From the NCBI GenBank assembly GCA_965207885.1, contig OZ242311.1, positions 896,001 to 960,000 on the forward strand: 64,000 bases of DNA, given 5' to 3'. Below the pieces are notes generated by a model, which was given only the letters and a program-made list of their open reading frames with translations, did no database searches and was not told the DNA's origin. This DNA is from Candidatus Latescibacterota bacterium. GTDB lineage: Bacteria > Latescibacterota > UBA2968. Both the position numbers and the translations under genes were made by a program. Shown one piece after another: positions 58,880 to 64,000 of the stretch; positions within the stretch are counted from its first letter, which is position 1, and the number at the start of each line of letters is the position of its first letter.

Positions 58880-60376
58880 TTAGTTTGCTTCTGCGACTTC
58901 AATAGCTTGCGAATGTAATTTCGCCCAAATGCCCTGGAATAAAGACATTCCCCCCACATAAAAAAAACCAGAGGCAAACAAAATAAGGAATGGCACGGGG
59001 AAATACAGCCCTTTCGCAATCGAATACGCCATGGCACCCAGCAAATAAAAACCGAGTCCAATTTCCAAAAATGCAGTTATATTTTTTTTCAGGGCGTAAT
59101 TTTTGCGATACCAATTTCCATTCCTGCCGATAACGCGGTATTTAGGGGTGCGATTAAATGCGGTCTCGTGCCCTCGCAGTGCTTGAATTACTCCGCGCGC
59201 GTTGTTCAATGAAATCCCCATGCCCAGGGCGAGTACAAATGGCAAATACAGGATGCGCGATTTCCAATCCGAATATATTTCCCGCTGCGAGTGGATGTAG
59301 TATCTCGAGATCACACCCGTCGCGCCTACAAAGAGGGGAAAATCGATTATCAGTACTCTGAGCCAGCCGAGGTCTTCCCGCAGAACAATTGCGGGGAAAA
59401 TGAGAATGGAGATCATTGCCATCAAACAATATGCAAAATTGGTTACCAGATGAAAAGCGGCTTCGCCCTTTACGCGCCACGGGAGGTGGCTTTGCAACAG
59501 GGTTTTCAGTGTTTTTTTGGCGGTTTGAACAGAGCCTTTTGCCCACCGAAATTGCTGTGATTTCCAGGCATTTACTTCCACGGGGATTTCGGCTGGCGTT
59601 ACGGTATCTGCGAGATATACAAATCGCCAGCCCGCCAATTGCGCGCGATAGCTCAAGTCGAGGTCTTCGGTCAGGGTATCGTGCTGCCAGCCACCGGCTT
59701 CGTCGATACAAGCCCGACGCCAGACACCTGCTGTGCCGTTAAAATTGAAAAACAAGCCCGAGCGGCTTCGGGCACCGTGTTCCATAACAAAATGGCCGTC
59801 GAGATAGATGGCCTGTACGCGTGTCAAAATGGAGTAATCCCGATTCAGATGCCCCCAGCGCGTCTGAACCATGCCGACTTGCGGTTCGACGAAATACGGG
59901 ATGGTTTTGTTCAAAAAGTCTGGTTGCGGCAGAAAATCGGCGTCAAAAATTGCGATCAATTCACCGCGTGCAACCCGCAATCCCTCTGCGAGCGCACCGG
60001 CTTTATACCCGGTGCGCGTTTTGCGGTGTATCAGCGCGATATTCAGTCCCGAATGTCGAAGTTCATCAACACATTGCCTGGCAATTGCGGTTGTTTCATC
60101 GGTCGAGTCGTCTAAAACCTGAATTTCGAGGCGGTCGGTTGGATAATCCATTTTGGCGACGGCGCGAATTAGTCGTTCGACCACATAGCGTTCGTTAAAT
60201 ACGGGCAATTGCACTGTCACAAAGGGTAGTTCATCAAAGGTGCCGCGGGGAATGGGTTGTTTGCGACGGTGCTTATAGTAAAGGTGTACCATCAAGTGTC
60301 GATGCAGGCTTACGAGCATCAGCAATGCAAACACGAGGCTGTAAGTGGCCAGCAAAACGGATTGCCACCAGGCCAT
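58880..60376 (-). CDS. GT2 processive glycosyltransferase (cellulose synthase/CslA-like)
   Basis: VQLPVFNE, DDS, GYKAGAL, DAD, TED, QQFRW; multiple TMs. Confidence 0.92.
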   Translation of the reverse strand: MAWWQSVLLATYSLVFALLMLVSLHRHLMVHLYYKHRRKQPIPRGTFDELPFVTVQLPVFNERYVVERLIRAVAKMDYPTDRLEIQVLDDSTDETTAIARQCVDELRHSGLNIALIHRKTRTGYKAGALAEGLRVARGELIAIFDADFLPQPDFLNKTIPYFVEPQVGMVQTRWGHLNRDYSILTRVQAIYLDGHFVMEHGARSRSGLFFNFNGTAGVWRRACIDEAGGWQHDTLTEDLDLSYRAQLAGWRFVYLADTVTPAEIPVEVNAWKSQQFRWAKGSVQTAKKTLKTLLQSHLPWRVKGEAAFHLVTNFAYCLMAMISILIFPAIVLREDLGWLRVLIIDFPLFVGATGVISRYYIHSQREIYSDWKSRILYLPFVLALGMGISLNNARGVIQALRGHETAFNRTPKYRVIGRNGNWYRKNYALKKNITAFLEIGLGFYLLGAMAYSIAKGLYFPVPFLILFASGFFYVGGMSLFQGIWAKLHSQAIEVAEAN

Positions 60377-60430
60377 ACAGATCTCCATAATGAAAGTCAA
60401 AACAGATGTGTTACCAGTGCAGTGCAGCAA

Positions 60431-60458
60431 AATATAGGGTTTGGATACGTTCCGTCAA
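60431..60458 (-). promoter_or_regulatory. sigma70-type promoter for the GT2-led cluster
   Basis: Minus strand TTGACG-16-TATATT. Confidence 0.55.
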
Positions 60459-60527
60459 AGTATTTTGTGTCAATGTCTCCGTGTTGTCTAAAACGCCCGG
60501 AAACACTTAAATCGCTTTGCCGATTAC

Positions 60528-60557
60528 TTGACACAGACCGTTTGAGGTAACTATATT
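60528..60557 (+). promoter_or_regulatory. sigma70-type promoter for the ExeA-like gene
   Basis: TTGACA-18-TATATT. Confidence 0.55.
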
Positions 60558-60653
60558 GGATTGCGATAAAACAGGTGCAATGAGCAGCATTAAACCACTA
60601 TTCCGATAGGTTCATAAAATCTATGGTCGGACTTAAAATAAAGGATTGAGACC

Positions 60654-61451
60654 GTGTACGATAAATATTGGAATCTGACAGCATTGCCGTTTGAAAATGT
60701 GCCGAATCCGCGTTTTTTTTATTCTTCGAGAGATCACCAGAGAGCATTGTTGCAAATGTTTTACGCGATCAATAACCGCCTGGGGGCTGCCGTGCTCACG
60801 GGCGACACGGGCTGTGGCAAAACCGTTGTGAGTCGCATGCTCATCCAGGAACTGTCATCTGACAGGTATAAAATCGCACTTATGGATAGACCCGGTCTTT
60901 CGCCGGAAGACTTTCTGCGGGATATGCTCGGGCAATTGGGTGTTGAGGACCAATCGAACGGAAAATTGCAACGCGCACTTGAGGTTCAGGCTGTCAAAAG
61001 TGCCAATGCGGGCAAATATACGGTCGTCATTGTCGATGATGCCCATGCAATAGAAGACGGCAATACATTTGAAGCGTTGCAATCTCTGTTCAGCTTTCAA
61101 CGCAATGGGCGTTTTTTTCTCACCCTTCTCCTCGTTGGACAGGCAGGTCTCGAGGAACGGGTCGCGGGCGTTGAGGCATTGGGACAACAGGTCGCGCGGC
61201 AATATCACCTCGCACCGCTCAAGCGCGAAGAAACCCTGTCTTATGTGCAAACACGTCTGGAAAAAGCGGGAGCCGATCGGTCCTTGTTCGACGAGGACGC
61301 GCTCGACGCGCTCTATCAAGCGTCCAATGGTGTTCCGCGAGATATAAACAATATTTGCGATATTGCCCTGTTGCTCGGTTCTGATGCCAAGGTCAAAACC
61401 GTCGGGGAGGAACAGATAGAGAAAGCTGTTTACGCAGTTAATAATTTGTAG
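60654..61451 (+). CDS. ExeA/GspA-like AAA ATPase
   Basis: YWNLTALPF, GDTGCGKT, VIVDDAH, LVGQ, GVPRDINNICD. Confidence 0.88.
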   Translation: MYDKYWNLTALPFENVPNPRFFYSSRDHQRALLQMFYAINNRLGAAVLTGDTGCGKTVVSRMLIQELSSDRYKIALMDRPGLSPEDFLRDMLGQLGVEDQSNGKLQRALEVQAVKSANAGKYTVVIVDDAHAIEDGNTFEALQSLFSFQRNGRFFLTLLLVGQAGLEERVAGVEALGQQVARQYHLAPLKREETLSYVQTRLEKAGADRSLFDEDALDALYQASNGVPRDINNICDIALLLGSDAKVKTVGEEQIEKAVYAVNNL

Positions 61452-61468
61452 TGAAAACGGAGGCCATT

Positions 61469-62221
61469 ATGACACCGGAAGAGAAATTTCGATTTGATTT
61501 GCAGGGGTTTTTGGTTGTTAAAGATGTGTTGAGCGCAGATGAGGTGGATGCGCTGAATAAGTTGGCTGATGAGGTATGGGCTGATCCTGCCGACGAAAAA
61601 GATGGGCACCGCCGCACGAGTCGCGTTTCGATGTGGGGTCCAGAGACGCAGGCGTTGTTTGATCACCCCAATGCGTTGCCGTATATGATTGAGTTGTTGG
61701 GACCGACATTTCGCGTGGATCACGATTATTCCATTTTTATGAAGAAGGGCGCGAGGCGCGGGCGATTGCACGGAGGGCCATCATTGCAGGCGGGTGTGCC
61801 GGGCGATCATTGGTACAAATACCACGATGGTGTGATGCGCAATGGGTTGACGGTGTTTACGTATAATCTCGCGCCCGCGCGCAAAGGGGATGGCGGCTTT
61901 GCATGTGTTCCCGGGTCGCATAAGAGCAATTTTGTCAGTATTCCCAGCGATGTGCGCAATTTTGATCGACCGGCGCACTATGTACATCAGCCCGAAGCAG
62001 AAGCCGGGGATATGATCATTTTTACAGAGGCACTGGTGCATGGAACAATGCCATGGGAGGGCGAGCACGAGCGCCGTTCATTGCTGTATAAATTTAGCCC
62101 GGGACATTCGGCGTGGGCACAGAATTATTACAATCCAGACGATTATCCCAATGTGACAGATCAGCAGCGACGGATCATGGAGCCGCCATCAATTGGCGGG
62201 CGGCAACCAGTGGTGATGTGA
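61469..62221 (+). CDS. PhyH-like Fe(II)/2OG enzyme with HxG motif
   Basis: FDLQGFL, RLHGG, VPGSHK, LVHGT, RRSLL. Confidence 0.85.
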   Translation: MTPEEKFRFDLQGFLVVKDVLSADEVDALNKLADEVWADPADEKDGHRRTSRVSMWGPETQALFDHPNALPYMIELLGPTFRVDHDYSIFMKKGARRGRLHGGPSLQAGVPGDHWYKYHDGVMRNGLTVFTYNLAPARKGDGGFACVPGSHKSNFVSIPSDVRNFDRPAHYVHQPEAEAGDMIIFTEALVHGTMPWEGEHERRSLLYKFSPGHSAWAQNYYNPDDYPNVTDQQRRIMEPPSIGGRQPVVM

Positions 62222-62238
62222 TCGGAAAGGAAATATCT

Positions 62239-63195
62239 ATGGGGCTTACAGCAGAGGAAGTTCGACAGTTCAAAGAGCTTGGTTATGTGGTTAAAGAATC
62301 CATTTATTCTTCGGACGATTTGCAACTTTTGAAGGATGGGTTGACAGGCGCGGTTCAGGAGAAGTGCGATGAGTTGATTGCCGCTGGCGAGCTGGATCGC
62401 GATTTTGCCGAGGAGCCATTTGAGACGCGGCTGACCAGGCTTAACCGATACAACCCGGAGGCCGCTCACAAGGTGTTGATGTCGATCTGGTCGGGTAGGT
62501 TTCACGGGCCGGGGATTTTGAAGGCGTTGCGGCATCGGCCATTGATTGCGTGTATTGAGGATATTATTGGTCCCGATATCGTCGGTACGTCGATCTATCG
62601 CATACGTCCCAAGGTGCCGGGCTATTCGCGCGGGGAGGTGCCGTGGCATCAGGATGCGGGTTATTCAATGGCGCATTGTTACGAGTATTTGATGGTGACG
62701 TGCTGGGTACCGCTGGTGGATGCGACACTGGATAATGGGTGTTTGTGGGTGATTCCGAAGGTGCAGGATAAGGGGATTATCCGACATTATACGGGTGGAC
62801 ACGCGGGCTTTTTGGAAATTGCACCTGAAAGTGTTCCCGAGGGTGCGATACCCGTGGAGATGTCGGCAGGGTCGGTTTTGTTTTTGACGAATCTGACGCC
62901 GCATGCTTCGTTTGAAAACAAGACCGATATTGTGCGGTGGAGTATGGATCTGCGATATCAGGATTTTAGCGTGCCGAGCAATATCGGCGAGGTGCCCGAA
63001 GATTATATGCCAGAACGCGAGCCAGTGACGATGGCATGCCATCCAGGCGAGGCGTATTTTGTGATTCAGGATACGCAAAATCCCGAGCGAGAGATGCGAG
63101 ATCCCGGGGCTTTTGCCACGTTGCGAAAAGAGTGGGATAGAAAGAAGGTTCACGCCCCGGGGCGCGGTTGGACGCCACTAAATGAACGCCGTTAA
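62239..63195 (+). CDS. PhyH family dioxygenase
   Basis: FKELGY, PWHQD, NGCLWVIP, TPHAS, RWSMDLRY. Confidence 0.9.
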   Translation: MGLTAEEVRQFKELGYVVKESIYSSDDLQLLKDGLTGAVQEKCDELIAAGELDRDFAEEPFETRLTRLNRYNPEAAHKVLMSIWSGRFHGPGILKALRHRPLIACIEDIIGPDIVGTSIYRIRPKVPGYSRGEVPWHQDAGYSMAHCYEYLMVTCWVPLVDATLDNGCLWVIPKVQDKGIIRHYTGGHAGFLEIAPESVPEGAIPVEMSAGSVLFLTNLTPHASFENKTDIVRWSMDLRYQDFSVPSNIGEVPEDYMPEREPVTMACHPGEAYFVIQDTQNPEREMRDPGAFATLRKEWDRKKVHAPGRGWTPLNERR

Positions 63196-63209
63196 ATATG
63201 GAGAATTAC

Positions 63210-64000
63210 ATGGGTGAAGTGACTTATCGGGTTGAGAAATTGCACGGCAGGCCAATTGTCGATGGAAGTGATGTGCGGCGGCTCAAGATTGGAGCTGATC
63301 CCAACCGGCCGAGATTGCGCGGCGACGCGATGTTTCCCACGGTGGTGCGGATTCCCGATTGGGTGCCTGCGGAAGATCGGGCACATCCGGATGCGAATTA
63401 CTATCTCTATTTTGCGTCGCATCACGGGACGAGTATTCACATGGCGTGGTCAGATCGGGTGGATTCGGCGGATTGGACGATTTTTAATGCCGGTCGGTTG
63501 GATGATCCGCGTTTTCCAGGGCGCGGGGTGTTTGATTTGCGGCTGGGCAATGAGACTGAGACGATTGATGTGGTGGATGGTATTGTGTTGAAGGGGCATG
63601 TGTCGTCTCCCGAGGTGATTGTGGATGAGGATAGTCGGCAGTTTATCATGGTGGTTCACGGGAGCAGCAATGATGGCCAGCGTTCATTTGTGGCGACGTC
63701 GAAGTCCGGATTGAATTTTAACCGTCCCGAAGTGGGTGGCGAAGAAGGCGGCGGATTGAAACGGTTGAAATTTGCGGATCGAAATTATCTGCGCGTGTTT
63801 ACCTACCATGGCGATTGGTACGGTTTTGCACAGCGCGGATTTTTTTTAGAGCCAGCTGTTCCCGAATGTCCGTGGGATGCGCCAGTGGGTTGGAATACGA
63901 GCGATCCTCTGTGGGTGTCTGCTGAATCGTCGCCTATTGAGGATGATCTCGTCGCCGATGGGTTGGCGGGCGATCATCTTCCCAATGGGGGTTTGGGATT
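63210..64000 (+). CDS. Hypothetical protein, probably beta-propeller/glycoside hydrolase-like, 3'-partial
   Basis: Missing from the ORF track (no stop in window); translated by hand: MGEVTYRVEK, FPTVVRIPDW, NYYLYFASHHGTSIHMAWSD, HVSSPEV; GGAGAA RBS. Confidence 0.65.
   Translation, partial: MGEVTYRVEKLHGRPIVDGSDVRRLKIGADPNRPRLRGDAMFPTVVRIPDWVPAEDRAHPDANYYLYFASHHGTSIHMAWSDRVDSADWTIFNAGRLDDPRFPGRGVFDLRLGNETETIDVVDGIVLKGHVSSPEVIVDEDSRQFIMVVHGSSNDGQRSFVATSKSGLNFNRPEVGGEEGGGLKRLKFADRNYLRVFTYHGDWYGFAQRGFFLEPAVPECPWDAPVGWNTSDPLWVSAESSPIEDDLVADGLAGDHLPNGGLG

Noticed and set aside
60486-60491. GTCTAA upstream of the ExeA-like gene as an ECF promoter
   Set aside because: No AAC-type -35 at a compatible spacing

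Overview
A gene-dense 64-kb bacterial chromosomal window with about 55 CDS and no rRNA, tRNA, CRISPR array, transposase or integrase that I can recognise. Its content includes eight PhyH-type Fe(II)/2OG dioxygenases, a sulfatase, a GWxTD protein, and ankyrin, internalin-like LRR and fibronectin-III proteins. This resembles sponge-associated FCB-group bacteria such as Latescibacterota (inference only). Housekeeping blocks are gcvPA/PB, coaE, hflKC, recG, a phosphosugar mutase, aspC, hpnCDE and thrC. The most notable items are: (1) a ~15-kb minus-strand envelope cluster (GT2, TonB/ExbB/ExbD, ECF sigma, anti-sigma, Spy/CpxP-like protein, RND adaptor with a long G/Q/R tail, RND pump, RDD protein, secreted protein, 12x FN3 lipoprotein) carrying two similar ECF-type promoter motifs; (2) a family of ~28-33 nt hairpins with variable, compensating stems that appear nested inside other repeats; (3) an AT-richer LRR/higBA/small-ORF/rtcB segment in which higBA is bracketed by a direct repeat; (4) an abrupt junction between a 3'-truncated IlvD/Edd gene and a 5'-truncated CehA/McbA-like gene; (5) an HxG-motif dioxygenase (halogenase-like) and a sigma54 activator with a degenerate receiver domain.
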